A stretch of DNA of 64,000 nt from Amphiscolops sp. MND2022 (taxonomy: Eukaryota). Both the position numbers and the translations under genes were made by a program. Under the pieces are notes generated by a model. It saw nothing but the letters and a program-made list of their open reading frames with translations. It did no database searches and was not told the DNA's origin. The stretch spans positions 65,040,001-65,104,000 of the forward strand of contig OZ076409.1 of assembly GCA_964187785.1 (NCBI GenBank). The letters run 5' to 3'. Of the stretch, positions 51,134 to 63,971 are shown in pieces. Within the stretch, counting starts at the first letter, position 1. Each line of letters begins with the position of its first letter.

Positions 51134-51954
51134 CCCAGGTTTTCGATCTTTGCGAATCTCTGCAGATCTGCAGGATTTTTTCTGCAGGGTTCTGCAAAGA
51201 TCGTTGCACTGAATCTCGAAGATCCGTACAGATCTGCAAGATCTTTACAGAAGTGTGCAGATTTTCTTTAAAGATTCTTGCAGAAATATGTTTTTCTGCA
51301 GCTTCTAAGGAACCAATAACTGCATTTTTGGACTTCTTTAACTACTTCATCAACTATTTGAGCTGACCAAGGCTCAGTCAGTTGATACTGGCGATCACTC
51401 AAAATTCTCGAGAAGAAAAATTTGTCCCCATCACGGTAGTTATGGTGACTGGAGAATGCGCCGTATTGGTTATACACCGAAATTTATCCATTTCACTTCA
51501 ACTTTCCAGATGTGGTTGTTGAACTTTGAGAAGCTCGTTTGCCTCATTGAATTCGTTTTGACGGATGAAATTTGACATATGGCAACCTTCTGGGTTGGTA
51601 GATGTGTTGATAAAGTGTTGTTGTAATATTTCGGGAACATGGTTTAATGGAGTAATTTTAATAATTTCTGGTAAATCGGAATACGTTATAGTAATTTACT
51701 GATCATTGTTTGGATCTGTAAAGATCTGCGAAACTCTACAGATCTGTACAGATTGTTGCAGAAAAATGTTTCATCATTATGACATAAATGAGACCTCTCT
51801 CGAGTTTTAAACACTTTTATTATTCGTTTGACATCACTGTTTGGTTTTTAGTGTGTTTCTGATAAGGTCATTTTTCTTCGAATCTGCACATATCTGCAAA
51901 GATCTGCAAAACTCCTGCAGATCTGCACAGATTCGCAAAGATCAAAACCCTGGA
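51134..51954. mobile_element. Same CCCAGG-ended family, copy 2, inverted relative to copy 1
   Basis: Same TIRs. 51180-51440 is the reverse complement of about 49010-49260, and 51685-51900 of about 48190-48415. Confidence 0.78.
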
Positions 51955-52344
51955 AAAGTTCACAGATGCCCGAAAACAAAGTTTTTATTTTTAAAAAGAG
52001 TACGGAACAATATCTAAAACCAAAATTAAAAACTTTGGGTTAAAATGTCCTCCCGTCGGTTTTCTCTTTCAGTCTCTCGTGTTTATCAGTATATAAAGCA
52101 GGGGTACGGAAAACAGAGTTCAAATATACCTTTTCCGAGTGCAACCCAAATGAATTTTTATTTTAAAAAAACTGTCCTATACCGTTTTCCAATCAGTAAA
52201 TCATTTTCTAGAAACAAAAGCAGAGACAGGGGTACCGCAAATGTAATTGCCATAATATTCTCTAGCTTCCATAAATAATTTTCATGGATGACAGCTGCCC
52301 ATAAATCATTTCCATAATCTCACAAAAATAAATAATGGCAATTA

Positions 52345-52922
52345 TTAGTCGGCGCTTCATGAAGTGAAACGCGACTATTATAGTGACTTTTTTTTCTATC
52401 CACACGAACTGACCAAAATAGTCCTTAAAAGTTGTACAAAATATCATTACACAAAATTGCACCATTTGGCCTAGCGAACTAAACCAAAAAGGTTTTTCCT
52501 GTTTTTCCGCATACAATACCATACCGGGCGAGACCAAAGGGTCCCCCCTTTCAATTTTTTCGACACTGTGAGACTTTTTTTCGGAAAATAAAAAATTTCC
52601 CCCTTCAATTTTTTAATGTTTTGCGACAAAATGGATGTTGAAAAACCCCAAAGGGTCCCTTTGCCTTTCGGTTTTTCGGCATTGTGTGACTTTTTTTTCT
52701 AAAATTTTTTTTCTCTCCAAAGGGTTCTCCCTTCAATTTCTCCGATGTTTTACAACAGATTGGGTGTTTAAAAATCCCAAAGGGTCCCTTTTTTCGGTGC
52801 GCCATTCGGTCCATTTTTTTTTGGTTTTTCGATTTTCGAGTACTGTAAATTGACACTTGGAAGTCCTTTTGCTATTTTTGAGCCTTGGATATGGCGCCGA
52901 CTTGGGCCGGTCCCGGCTTGTT
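52345..52922 (+). mobile_element. Helentron/DINE-1-like copy
   Basis: TTAGTCGGCGCTTCATGAAGTGAAACGCGACTA start. GGCGCCGACTTGGGCCGGTCCCGGCTTGTT end. Confidence 0.68.
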
Positions 52923-54389
52923 TTTTGAATTACAAGGAATAATACACAAAACAGAACATGGAGACAAAAAGTACATGTACAATTGTACCAGCGTAGAAAA
53001 TAACTCAGCGTTCGAAAAAGTTTTGTTGACGATTAGAAAAAGTTCGGCTTCAAGGTGCATGGGCAACAACTTTTGACAACTAACCGCTAACAGCCAGACT
53101 GGATGTTGGGAAAATAATGTTGCCATAATTCTCAGAAATCCATAAATTACTCCTTTGTCCAAAAATATTTTTTTCTGGAGGCCCAAAATATTTCCATAAT
53201 GAATTATTTTTGCAGTACCCCTGAGCAGAGGTGATCGGCTGCTTGAATATAGTATTTTCTACAATATTTATGGATCTAAAACGGAGTTTTTGCGTTGGAC
53301 GTACATCGCTTTCCTAAACAAGTCAAAGTCCCAACAGAAACTTGCAAATGATCTTTCTAGAGTTTTTGTATTAGCACCATTTGTTGAGCTGTATTCCTGA
53401 AAAAAACAATACTACACCAAAAAAACTGAATCTCTGGTACCTGATTCGAATAAAAAATTTAGTAACAGGTGTAAGGACCTAGATCTGCATCTCCTCTAAT
53501 ATCGAAGGCACATCTAGAATCTCTCTTTGTTAAGTTTGTTTGAGACCCATCCGGTCGATCACCGGAATTGATGGCAAGTGGACTTACCCGACCCAAAACT
53601 ACTTTCTCTCAATCGCAAACATCCTACAATGTTTTGTGTTTCAGGAAATACTCTATCATTGATTGCAGAATTGATTTCTCCATTTATCTTTTTGCATAAC
53701 GTTCATCAGTGAATCCCTTCCTTGGGGAAACCTTAGGTTCTTTTCTTCTGATAAACATTCCATCGATTCCAAAAGCCTCTCAGATCTAACATTCCCACTT
53801 TTTCGGATATTTTTGATGATTATTTGATGAGAAACATTACGACAATTTTTGCTTTGAGATAATTAATTACGGATACCGAGTGAAGTAACCTAGCGGAATT
53901 ACTATTTTGACTTTGAAGCTCGAAGCCCTACCTGTGAGAAAACAAGAGGTTCAGTAAACCGAAAATAGTGATCAAAATGGTCAAATTAGTTTCATAATAT
54001 TTTGGACTAATGTTATTTCTCATTAAAAAAGAGGCTCACTGGCACTGCGATTATTTTCGAGTCCTATTAAAATACGCCTTTGGAAAAACTTGGACACATG
54101 CAAAACGGAAATTTGCTTGAAAACTGAACTTATCAAAAAAATTTTCAGGCATGTTTGTGCAAGTAACAAAATTGTTCTTTATTCTTGCAAAGTTATCGTA
54201 GACATTCTAATCATGTCTGTGGAAATTTTGTCAGAAAAAGAAGTTATGTATGGTTGCCTGAGACTGGAGCGCGATCAGTGGTGACTGTTTTTTGCAGCCA
54301 ATTTTGCTTCAATCAGAGTCATTTTTCCAGAATGAATATTTGTTATTGTTTTGTGTAGTTTCTTTGTTATATATTCACAAAAGGATGAC

Positions 54390-54853
54390 AACAAGCCGGG
54401 AACGGCATAAGTCGGCGCCATATCTAAGGTTCGAGAATAGCTGAAGGAATTCAAAGTGTCAAGTATTCTATTTTACTGTACCCGAAAAATCCAAAAGTTG
54501 GACCGAAGTGGCGCGCTAAAAAGGGTGAACCTTTTGGGATTTTTCAACATCCCTTCTGTCGCAAAATGTCAAAAAAATCAAGGGGGACCTTTTGGAAAAT
54601 TTTTAAAAAATTTCGAGAAAAAAGTCTCACAATGCCGAAAAAGACGGAAAGGGAGACCCTTCTCGCCCGGTATTGTATGTTACGCTGAAAAAAAGGAACA
54701 ACTTTTATATTTCAATACCTTGTGTCAAATGGTCCAATTTGACACCTTAAAATTTTGTTGAACTTTGTAGAACTATTTTGGTCAGTTTGTGTGGATTGAA
54801 AAATAGAGTCACTAGTAAAGTCGCGTTTCACTTCATGAAGCACCGACTAAAAA
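54390..54853 (-). mobile_element. Helentron/DINE-1-like copy
   Basis: AACAAGCCGGAACGGCATAAGTCGGCGCC ... CACTTCATGAAGCACCGACTAAAAA. Confidence 0.68.
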
Positions 54854-55574
54854 GACCTCAGGGTCACTGAACATCTTGTACTCTTTTCACATATTGCATC
54901 TACGACAGGCTGCCAATCAGAATAATTTTCACGTGGGTGTCCAAACTGATTAGTTCTAACGTGTGCTAGGTACTATCCCGCTGACTTCAAGTTATCCATT
55001 CCTGAATGTTTTTATTGTACATTAGTAAACGTAGTTACACAAAAAGTACGTTCGTGTTTAATTGATCCAATAGATTAGAATTTCCTTACGAAGGGCTGAG
55101 AGCAACAGTAGTTTCATAGGGAACGAATAACGCTCAAATACAACTACAGTGTGAATTGATCCTACATTGTACTGCTTCGCTGCTTCGTACTGCGAAAGAC
55201 AGTTATACGTTGTCTAGGAATTTGCGATTAACTACTCTCAAGCAGACAAACAACCTTCGTAGAAAGTAATGTTTTGCACTAGAGCAGTTTTCGGTGAAAA
55301 CAAAGTTTGAAGAAAACAACTGAAACTTTAAAAAATTGATCAAAATGATTGTTTTGTCGCGGAGCACCAAAACGTGGAATATATAGTTTCTACTGCAATC
55401 TCTGAAGCGATGAAAATCAAAAAAGAATAAAAAGCCAAATCAATTTAAAACAATTTCTCGACATCAAAAAACATCAGAATAATACGTTAAGATTTTTAAC
55501 TCGAGGCTCCTGAGGATGCTATAGTTAGAGTAGGTAAATTTCCGGAACAATTGACGTGCAGGGGACCTTACATT

Positions 55575-56011
55575 CAGAGGTGTAAAAATTTATATTGTAT
55601 TGCAATATGTTGCAATTAAATACAAATAATATATTTATTTAGTTGGAGCAAAAATACAATATATTTATTGAAAGAAGGCAAATATTGTTATAGCTCTGCA
55701 ATTTATTGCGCAAAAAAATTATTGCAAAATAGAAATAAAATTCCATTTAGTATGCATTTTAAACGGACTAGAAGTGAAAGACTATCAAGGGAGAAATTCA
55801 CTAAGCTGTTCGCTAATTTCGAGAGTGTAGTCTTTCTTTATACAAATAAACAACATTGGGTTGTTTGCCTTGTGAATGAATGTTTCTCTGCCCAATGTTT
55901 TTCTAAAATTTTGCAGGACATTAAATACCATATATTTATTGCTGAAATTGAATCAAACAATATAATATTTTTTTTGAAAAATACATTTAAATACAATATT
56001 TCACACCCCTG
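55575..56011. mobile_element. hAT-like MITE
   Basis: TIRs CAGAGGTGTAAAAAT / ATTTCACACCCCTG. Perfect 8-bp TSD CTTACATT (55567-55574, 56012-56019). Confidence 0.85.
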
Positions 56012-56592
56012 CTTACATTAGGCTATTAAGCAGAAATATCAGGAAGAGTATTAGAGTTAGAGTATCTTTTATGTCAATCACTCCACTAAGTTAATCCCCC
56101 CAGTTAAGCGGTCAAGTGAAATCATCATTGAATTAATAGTAACAATTAATCGAATTGCAGTATGTATTTTATAACTCTAACTACAACTGAAACTCATCGC
56201 TGATAGTGGTGGGGAATCAAAATTTCCGCGATTACTGTGGGGGGGGGGGATTAACAGAAAAGATCGGAGTTAGATAAAGGCTAATAGAGAACCCCTAGTG
56301 ACCAAAATATTAAAATTGCATAGAAACATCAATCATCAAACATTTTCTTTGACTTTTCAAAGTAGGATACTCAAAGAATCATTTGACTTAACTACTAATC
56401 AAAGAAAGTTCACAGGTTTTCCCAATCCAACAATTTTCTATCGGCATCATGCCACCCAAAAATTGATTGACATGCGAAACTTGAAGAGTACCAACAATTT
56501 CAAACATTGATTTGCCAGAAAGTTTATGACGTCTTCAAAACTATTAGACAGAATTTCAATCCTAGACTTTAACCCCGAATCTGAGTTTGTAT

Positions 56593-57055
56593 GGATGCGG
56601 GACAAAACAGCCGATTTTAAAACGAGACAAAACAGCCGATTTTCAAAACGACGCAAAACAGCCGATTTTCAAAACGGGACAAAACAGCCGATTTTCCAAA
56701 CGGAACAAAATGAGCGCTGTTACAGCCAATGTGCATGAATTGATTTATTTGAAGGTTCATATTTATTGTATGGCTCGGTCGCTTCGCTCCCTTCGGCAAG
56801 TAGCAACATTGAGGCATGGCCATATGGCACGTCGCTCCGCTTCGCTCCTGCTTTTAGGGCACTAGGGGTATGTGAACATATCTGACTACGTTATAATAAT
56901 AATTTTATTGACTGCTAATCTTACGCATTAAAAAATCGGCGATTTTTATTTTTACAAATCGGCGATTTTGTACTGTTTTAAAGTCGGCTGCTTTGTCCTA
57001 TTCTGAAAATCGGCTGTTTTGTCCCGTTTAAAATCGGCTCTTTTGTCCCGCTCCC
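56593..57055. mobile_element. Short foldback/Mutator-like element
   Basis: TIRs made of tandem CGGGACAAAACAGCCGATTTT units and their reverse complement. 10-bp TSD GAGTTTGTAT (56583-56592, 57056-57065). Confidence 0.85.
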
Positions 57056-58323
57056 GAGTTTGTATATATGGTCACTGCAATTGACTCCAATTTTCATTTT
57101 TAGACTGGCAAAACTCACTGCACTAAGAAATTGAAATTTCTACGCATTCAATTGCGGGAAAAGTTTGAACAATTTTGGGCGTTTAAAATGTGCTGGGATA
57201 GTGCCTTGATTCTGAGTATTGTGAATCCACCAGAAAAGCCTGAAAAACGTATCACCCTTTGTTCCGAACTAATTGTCTGGAACAAAAGATATTTTCCACT
57301 CACTTTTTGTTGTCAAGTGAATCCGTACGAATCGAAGTTTTGAACTACTAAAACTGACAAAGATGGAGCTTAAAACAATGTGATATCAGTCTGTGGTTGT
57401 CTGAAAGACAGGCCTTGCTAGCTGGAAAACAAATTTCCAGATAAGACAGCCAGGTATTTTGTGCGGATCAATGACTTCTTTTTCTCATGAGCAAATTGAA
57501 ACTCATATTTTGCCGTAAAATTTCAAATTTGCAAACCAAGTTTGTTCTAAATAATTTGTTTCTGTTGCCTAAAAGTCTCAAAAAACAAAACCATAAGCAA
57601 ATCAGGTTTACAAAAACTATCTTGATCGGGGAACAGCTGTGTGGTTTTGTTACTGCGAGCCATCAAAGAATGAACATGACAAGAACGTCTCGAGTCGATA
57701 CCCCCCCACCTTATATAAACTTTTCGGGCTCAAAAAACGCTCAAAAGATAAGTCAGATCGGCCGCCTTATCCATTTCGTCGCATTCGTGTCTGTCTTGAT
57801 AGAAAAATTTCCAAGTATCGCAAAAAGAGTCAAAAAATGAAAAAGAAGCAATGTTTTAGTAACGATGGTATGACAAATGAAAAGTTAGAGTGCTGGTCTC
57901 CAACATTAGAACATCATATTGCGTTATTCAACCGATGATTTTCCGAAGGCAATCACTCAGATTGCCTAAAATGCACCAAAGTAAGACCATTGTTCAGAAG
58001 GCGGATATCAAAAATACAGACCCATCAGTCTTTTGAAATCGCTACACAAATTTTTTGAATTTTGAAAATGGTTACACAAACGGATGATGACGAATAATTT
58101 TCTAACTGGCTCTCAAAATGGAATGAGGACTAAAATATTTTGTACGGGTGCAATCACTGCTGTACCTTGTTACATGAGATAAGTTGTATCGACAACATTG
58201 CTGGCCAATCTTGTTCTATCGATTTACAAAATTTTTTTGAAGCATTCCAACATCCGAACACCCGATACTTTTATCCTAGTTGGAAAAGTAGGAACTTAGA
58301 ACTTTGAGGGAAGATTGGGATGT

Positions 58324-59637
58324 TCAGAATAAGGTGGGATGAAGAATTGGGATGAACTTTATATTTTCTTCCGTGATTTTCTTGTTGCCGGTTAGTTTTC
58401 CCACGATATGGTTAATTTGGATGTATTTCGCTTCCTTTCCATCCGTGTTGTATTTGCTGAGGTCTACTATAGGTAGATTGTCGCCCCGCATTATGATACT
58501 GTCTTCTTCGGTCTCGGCGTTTTCAATTTCCAGTTCACCTTCTTCCCGTAATTCTTCCGGTTCGTCTTGTTCTTCGGTTATGGGTTGGTACCCGCCTCCC
58601 AATCGGTTCGCTCTTCTCATTAACTCCGCATCGATTTCAGCAATCTCCTCTCTACTCCTTTTGTTAGGTCTTGATGGGGCGAATACTGTCCGTTGTGTGT
58701 ATTGGTCGTACCGGCGTCGTAATGTTCCTGGCCGGGATAGTTGATTTCTTTGTTCGACTAGTCGGCACGTCTCTGGGCTGTTGTTCCGTCTGCGGATAAT
58801 CTCCATAATTTCCCGTGTGGCGCCCCAGTGGTAAAAGTTTTCACGATCCATTTCGGTAATTTCCGTATTTAATTTTCTGCTTTTTTGAGTTTGATTTAAA
58901 CTTTTAGCTTCTTTCGTTGAATGACTTCTCTCTAGCGTGCTAATTTCGGACTGCCCGGATGTGGTTTTCTTATTTCGTTGGTGTTTGTTCACGTTGTTTT
59001 TGTTCTCGAATGTTCTATTCTTCTGTGATTGGTTCGCGCGATTCTCATTTTGTTCTTCGGATGTATTCTTCTTTGTCTCGGTTATTGCTTTCTCGCTTTT
59101 TGATTTGTCGGCGAATATTGGTCCGTATTTTATGTTCAGTTTTGCTTGTTCGGATAGTATGTTGATGACGTATTCCTCGTCGTAACTTTCCTCCGGTGTA
59201 GCTCCCCCTACCGGATTTCTACTAAGGTAATCGGTGAATTTCAAGTTATTTCCTGCGATATGTTGTATCGATATATCAAAATGAGTTAAGCGGTCTAACC
59301 ATCTTGTTAGTCGCGCACTATATTGTTTTTTACTCCGGTTTCTTTTAATTAATGGTTCTAGTGCTTGGTGGTCGGTATAAAGGTGTACCTTTTTTCCGTA
59401 CAAATAAAATCGGAATTTTTCAAGTCCCCACACTACTGCTAGTAGTTCTAGTTCACCGATAGAATATTTCTTTTCGGTATCATTCAAATATCTGCTTCCG
59501 AATGCTATCGGTTTTGTGTTTCCGTCGTCTTGCTTTTGCCACAGTGTTATTCCCAGTCCGGTAGTGCTAGCGTCCGTTGTTACTATGTTCTCTTTATCTT
59601 TTGCGTAGTGTGCTAAGCATGGGACTTCAGTTAACAT
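58324..59637 (-). CDS. Ty3/Gypsy pol continuation: RNase H plus long linker, truncated before integrase
   Basis: VTTDASTTGLG, IAFGSRYLNDTEKKYSIGELELLAVVWG, LYTDHQAL, RLTRW, FTDYLSR. Offset from the upstream ORF by a frameshift in an A-rich run near 59640-59655. Confidence 0.9.
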   Translation of the reverse strand: MLTEVPCLAHYAKDKENIVTTDASTTGLGITLWQKQDDGNTKPIAFGSRYLNDTEKKYSIGELELLAVVWGLEKFRFYLYGKKVHLYTDHQALEPLIKRNRSKKQYSARLTRWLDRLTHFDISIQHIAGNNLKFTDYLSRNPVGGATPEESYDEEYVINILSEQAKLNIKYGPIFADKSKSEKAITETKKNTSEEQNENRANQSQKNRTFENKNNVNKHQRNKKTTSGQSEISTLERSHSTKEAKSLNQTQKSRKLNTEITEMDRENFYHWGATREIMEIIRRRNNSPETCRLVEQRNQLSRPGTLRRRYDQYTQRTVFAPSRPNKRSREEIAEIDAELMRRANRLGGGYQPITEEQDEPEELREEGELEIENAETEEDSIIMRGDNLPIVDLSKYNTDGKEAKYIQINHIVGKLTGNKKITEENIKFIPILHPTLF

Positions 59638-61894
59638 TTGTTTTATTTTTTTTGAAGTCTTTCTGTTGTTCTTCTGCCCATTTCCATGGTTCGTTCTTTT
59701 TCAATAGTTTCCGTAACCGGTCGGTTTGTTCCGAGAGTTTCGGTAGGAATTTCGCCATGTATTGTATTGCTCCGAGAAATGATTTTAGTTCTTTTGTGTT
59801 TTCCGGTGGTTTCAATTTCAGTATTGCTTCTACTTTTTCTTCGTTCGGTTTGATTCCGTTCTCATCGATTTCGTGTCCCAACCATTTTATCCGGTTCATA
59901 AAGAATTCTGATTTCTTTTTACTTGCTCGGTAACCGGCTTTTTCCAGTTTATTTAGGACGTCGAATAGTTTCTTCTCGTGGTCTTGTCTGCTTCCCCGTG
60001 TTACCACAATTATATCGTCCAGCCATGCCGGTGTGCAGTATTCAAGTGTTCGGTCAATTTTTTCTTGGAATATTGTGGGTATATCGGCAAGTCCGTAAAA
60101 CCCTTTTTTGAACCGGTAATATCCGCTAAATTTTCCTCCGGTTAGTGCAAATACGCAGTGTCGGCTTGTTTCTTCTGATAGTCTCATTTGACCGTATGCG
60201 TAATCCAAGTCTATTTTGGAGATGAAAAGTTTTACTGTTCTGTCGCGTGTTATTTCCACCGATATTTGATTCAGTAATTCTTCCATATTTGGCATATGGG
60301 GTCTCATTTTAATGCAACTGTCGTTCAATTTCCTTGAATCTAGCGCTATTTTCACCGACTTGTCGCTTTTTACTGTTATTACCACCGGTGATACAAAACA
60401 GTCTTCATCTACATCGTTTATTTTTTCTAAGTGTCCGGATTTTATTAGTTTTTCTAATTCCCGTCCGACATCGTCTTGAAGGTGTAGTGGTATCGGTCTT
60501 GCTTTTTGTTTAACCGGATAGTGCCCTGGTTTTAATTGAATGTTTATCTCGGTGTCTTTTATCGTTTCGTTGTTCTCAAATAGGTCCGGAAATTTATTGA
60601 ATACTTTCTCGCGTTCTGATTGGTTGTTTTCGGCCAATTGAATTTTACTAATTGTTAGTTTGAATTTCTTCATCCAATCCATCCCCAGTAATGGTGTTAT
60701 ATCTGTTCTTTCGGTTATCAGGATTTCCATTTTCTGTTTGTTGTTTTCGTGTTCGACGTTTACCGGAATTTTCCCCCGGAATTTTACTTCGTTTTTGTTT
60801 ACATCTTGATACCGGCTTGTTATTTTCTGTATTTCGGATGATTTCGTTATTCTTTCGTCCGGTGGCATTAATGATATTGGTGATCCGGTATCATTTATAA
60901 ATTCTTTCGGTATTCCGTTGATCTTCAGTGTTGTGGTGAAGTGTTTGTTTGTTTCGTCTATTTTCTTTATTTCTTTTATGTGGTGTATGCTGTCTTCGGA
61001 TTCACTTGACGGTTCGTCCGATTCGTTTGGTTCGTTTTCGGTTAGTCTTTTCACCGTTCGGTTGTTGTTCATTTTCTGTCTGCATACTTTTGCGTAATGT
61101 CCTTTCTTGCCGCATTTATTACAATTGGCGTCTAGTGCGGGACATTTATGTAATGGAGTCCAATTAGGTGCATTACAGAATCTGCATGTTCGGTTTCCGA
61201 AATTTCTGTTTTTCGGTCTTGCTCCGAATTTTTCCATTCTCTGGATTGGTTCTTCCTTTATTATTTGCTTCTCTTTTGTTGATATCAAGGCTTCCGGTAT
61301 TGTGTTCTTTTTGTTTTTCTTCTCGTACGTATTTTGCTTGATCAGTTCAATTATCTTCTTCAGTTCTAATGTTTTTTCTTTCATTATTTTGTCCCGTAAT
61401 TTTTTGTCGGTGATTGCTGTCATATATTTTGATATCAACAATTCTTCTGCTGAAATAGTGTTAAAGTTACATTCTTTTTCGATTTTGATTAGTCGTCTCC
61501 AGAAGTCTTCCGGTGTTTCCTCTTCTGTTTGTTTCGCCCAGAAGAAATCTCCACGATTATGGTATGTATTTCTTTTTGGCATGTAGAATTCGGTGAATAA
61601 CCGGATTAAGTCTTTCACTTTTATGCTGTCGGGTTCCGTTTTATATTCGGCCCTGGTTATCTGGTATAGTGCTTCCGGTCCCACTCCCCACAAGAAATCT
61701 TCTTGGATTGCTTGTTCTTTTGCGGACCATCCGGAATCTGTCATGTTTTCTCCTTTCACTAGTGGTGTGATGTCCATCTTGTGTTCCCGTTTGCAAAACT
61801 GCCGGAATCTTTCTAGCCACTGTCTCGGTGTAAATACCGGATTCCCGTCTGTGGCTTTTGCTTCGAGATTTGGGACTGTATTTTTCTCTGCCAT
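59627..61894 (-). CDS. Ty3/Gypsy gag-protease-reverse transcriptase
   Basis: Zinc knuckle CNKCGKKGHYAKVC. Protease DTGS...LLGMDW. RT motifs SKIDLDYAYGQ, FYGLADIPTIFQ, WLDDII, WLGH. Confidence 0.95.
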   Translation of the reverse strand: MAEKNTVPNLEAKATDGNPVFTPRQWLERFRQFCKREHKMDITPLVKGENMTDSGWSAKEQAIQEDFLWGVGPEALYQITRAEYKTEPDSIKVKDLIRLFTEFYMPKRNTYHNRGDFFWAKQTEEETPEDFWRRLIKIEKECNFNTISAEELLISKYMTAITDKKLRDKIMKEKTLELKKIIELIKQNTYEKKNKKNTIPEALISTKEKQIIKEEPIQRMEKFGARPKNRNFGNRTCRFCNAPNWTPLHKCPALDANCNKCGKKGHYAKVCRQKMNNNRTVKRLTENEPNESDEPSSESEDSIHHIKEIKKIDETNKHFTTTLKINGIPKEFINDTGSPISLMPPDERITKSSEIQKITSRYQDVNKNEVKFRGKIPVNVEHENNKQKMEILITERTDITPLLGMDWMKKFKLTISKIQLAENNQSEREKVFNKFPDLFENNETIKDTEINIQLKPGHYPVKQKARPIPLHLQDDVGRELEKLIKSGHLEKINDVDEDCFVSPVVITVKSDKSVKIALDSRKLNDSCIKMRPHMPNMEELLNQISVEITRDRTVKLFISKIDLDYAYGQMRLSEETSRHCVFALTGGKFSGYYRFKKGFYGLADIPTIFQEKIDRTLEYCTPAWLDDIIVVTRGSRQDHEKKLFDVLNKLEKAGYRASKKKSEFFMNRIKWLGHEIDENGIKPNEEKVEAILKLKPPENTKELKSFLGAIQYMAKFLPKLSEQTDRLRKLLKKNEPWKWAEEQQKDFKKNKTNVN

Positions 61895-61934
61895 TCCGTT
61901 TTCTATGTTAAGAAAATTGTTACAGTTTAAAAAT

Positions 61935-61949
61935 TGGCTGACTGCGCCA
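61935..61949 (-). promoter_or_regulatory. Primer-binding site of the Gypsy element
   Basis: TGGCGCAGTCAGCCA immediately follows the LTR terminal CA on the minus strand. Cognate tRNA not identified. Confidence 0.7.
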
Positions 61950-62171
61950 TGTTGTATTCTCTAGATCTAGATTAAGATGGAAAAGAATAAAAGTTATATC
62001 TCTAGTTTCGACTGCTCTATATCAAATCAAATTGTACATATGTATCAAATGTAATTTAATGTAGATTGAGTTTGTTAGTAAACAACTCTAGTATCTAGAT
62101 TAGATAGTTTGTAGACCGAATCTCGATAGAGGTTAAATGGTAGTCTGAACCGGTTTGAACCGAATATAACA
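61950..62171 (-). mobile_element. 5' LTR (222 bp) of the Gypsy element
   Basis: TG...CA ends with inverted termini TGTTGTATTC / GAATATAACA, abutting the PBS. No second LTR found in the window. Confidence 0.75.
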
Positions 62172-63363
62172 AGATAGTCAGCTGAGTTCGCTGTTGGTAG
62201 CTAAATGTTGAAAAATTGAGCACCCAGGTTATCTGTCATGGCTTGCTCATGAAGTTTCATCCATGATCTTGAATTTTTCGAACAGTACTTCAGGTTCCAT
62301 GGAAAAAAGTTAAGTGTTTCTCGAATCGAACAAATGTCTTTAGGACGAAGATTTTGTAACCAACACAGTTGATGACTATAGTTTCAAATCGCCATTAGTT
62401 GAGGTTTCAGCTTTCTAGACAATCGTAAAGAAGAATCGTTATTTCTAGCCTAGTTACAATGTTGAGAAAGTTTTAGACGTGTTTTTACACTTGCCCTGCC
62501 GTTCGGGAAAAAAATATTGCAGGGACTTTTTTTTTCAAAACAAAACTTTTGCAAGTTGCAGCGACTTTTTTCAATGCGCAGTGAAATGCTGCCAGGAATT
62601 TCCATGCTGCAGTGCAATTTTACAAGTTTTTTCCCTGCGCGCAGTCTGAATTTTCTATGTTTTATAAAAAAATTACCCTGCGTGCATGCCTGCAACATGT
62701 AAAAAGTCACGGCAGTCTCGACTAGGGTAGGAACTAATTAATTACCAAGTTAAAGACTGTTTAATCTGATCAATAAACACTTTTTAAAACTGTAAACAAC
62801 CTTTTTAAAAATTATTGAAATTAATTAGTAATTTTGCTTTCATTCTCTTCACAAAAAACATGAACTACTTCGGTTATAAGGTCGAAAATTCTGATAGAGC
62901 GTGCTTTTCTTTCGACTTTTTAAAAAGTTAACATCAAGATTGACAAGACTCCAGCCTCCGCCTCTTTCCGAAAATTACTTCGGAAATGAAAACAAAAATT
63001 AAGGATATTGCGCATTTTTTCCGAACCTTCGTTTCCTTCGCAAAACGCAATTCCATTCGGATACAACGTGAAAACTTCGGACATAGCACTCTGGACCAAA
63101 TGGGAGCGCTTCATTTCGAACACCAGCCCCCACCTTAATGAAACGCGATTTACTTCGGATATAACGTCAAACATTCGGTTGAAGTGTGCTGGGCCGAAAA
63201 GAAATTTCAAGTTTTCAAGGTTTTGTAGAACTATTATGGTCAGTTCGTGTGGATCCAAAGACCACCATAATAGTCGCGCTTTTATTTCATCAAAGCGTAG
63301 ACTAAAATTATCAGTTTACTCGTTTAATGAAATAATATATCTTAAGGTTCTTTCAGTGAGTAG

Positions 63364-63971
63364 TTTTTAGTCGGCGCTTTTCTAGGGAAAATTGCCCGAC
63401 TCTTACAGTGGCTAGTTTTTTTTCTTTTTTTTTCGTCAGACCACAGACCTCATCGCATATGTACCACTTTTTACAGACTTCACTCTCGCTCACATGTACT
63501 TGTCAGTACTTGGTTTACGGTGAACCCAGCGGTCACGGGTTCGAGTCCTTGCTTTAGCCAGAAACTTTGTCGAGCAGTTTTTTCGGCACTGTGCGACTCT
63601 TTCATTTTTTTCGGCACTGTGCGACTTTTTTTCGAAATTTTTTTGTCGCCAAAGGGCCCCACCTTCAAGTTTTTTGATATTTTGCAACAAACTGAAGTTT
63701 CAAAAAATCCAAAGGGTCCCCCCTTTCTAGTTTTTCGGCACTATGAGACTGTTTCAAAAATCTCATTTTTCGTTTTTTTTTTCGAAAATTTTTCCAAAAA
63801 ATTTTTTATATTTTTTAAATGTCTCCAAAGGGCCCCCTCAACTTTTTGTGATATTTTGCAACAGACTGGATTTTCAAAAAGTCGAAAGGGTCCCCCTTTT
63901 AACAAATTTAAAAAATTGCACTTTTTTGAGCCTTAGATATAGCGCCGACTTTAGACGTTCCCGTCTTGTTT
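63364..63971 (+). mobile_element. Helentron/DINE-1-like copy with tRNA-like module
   Basis: Family termini. Nearly identical to 24771-25350. Confidence 0.7.
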
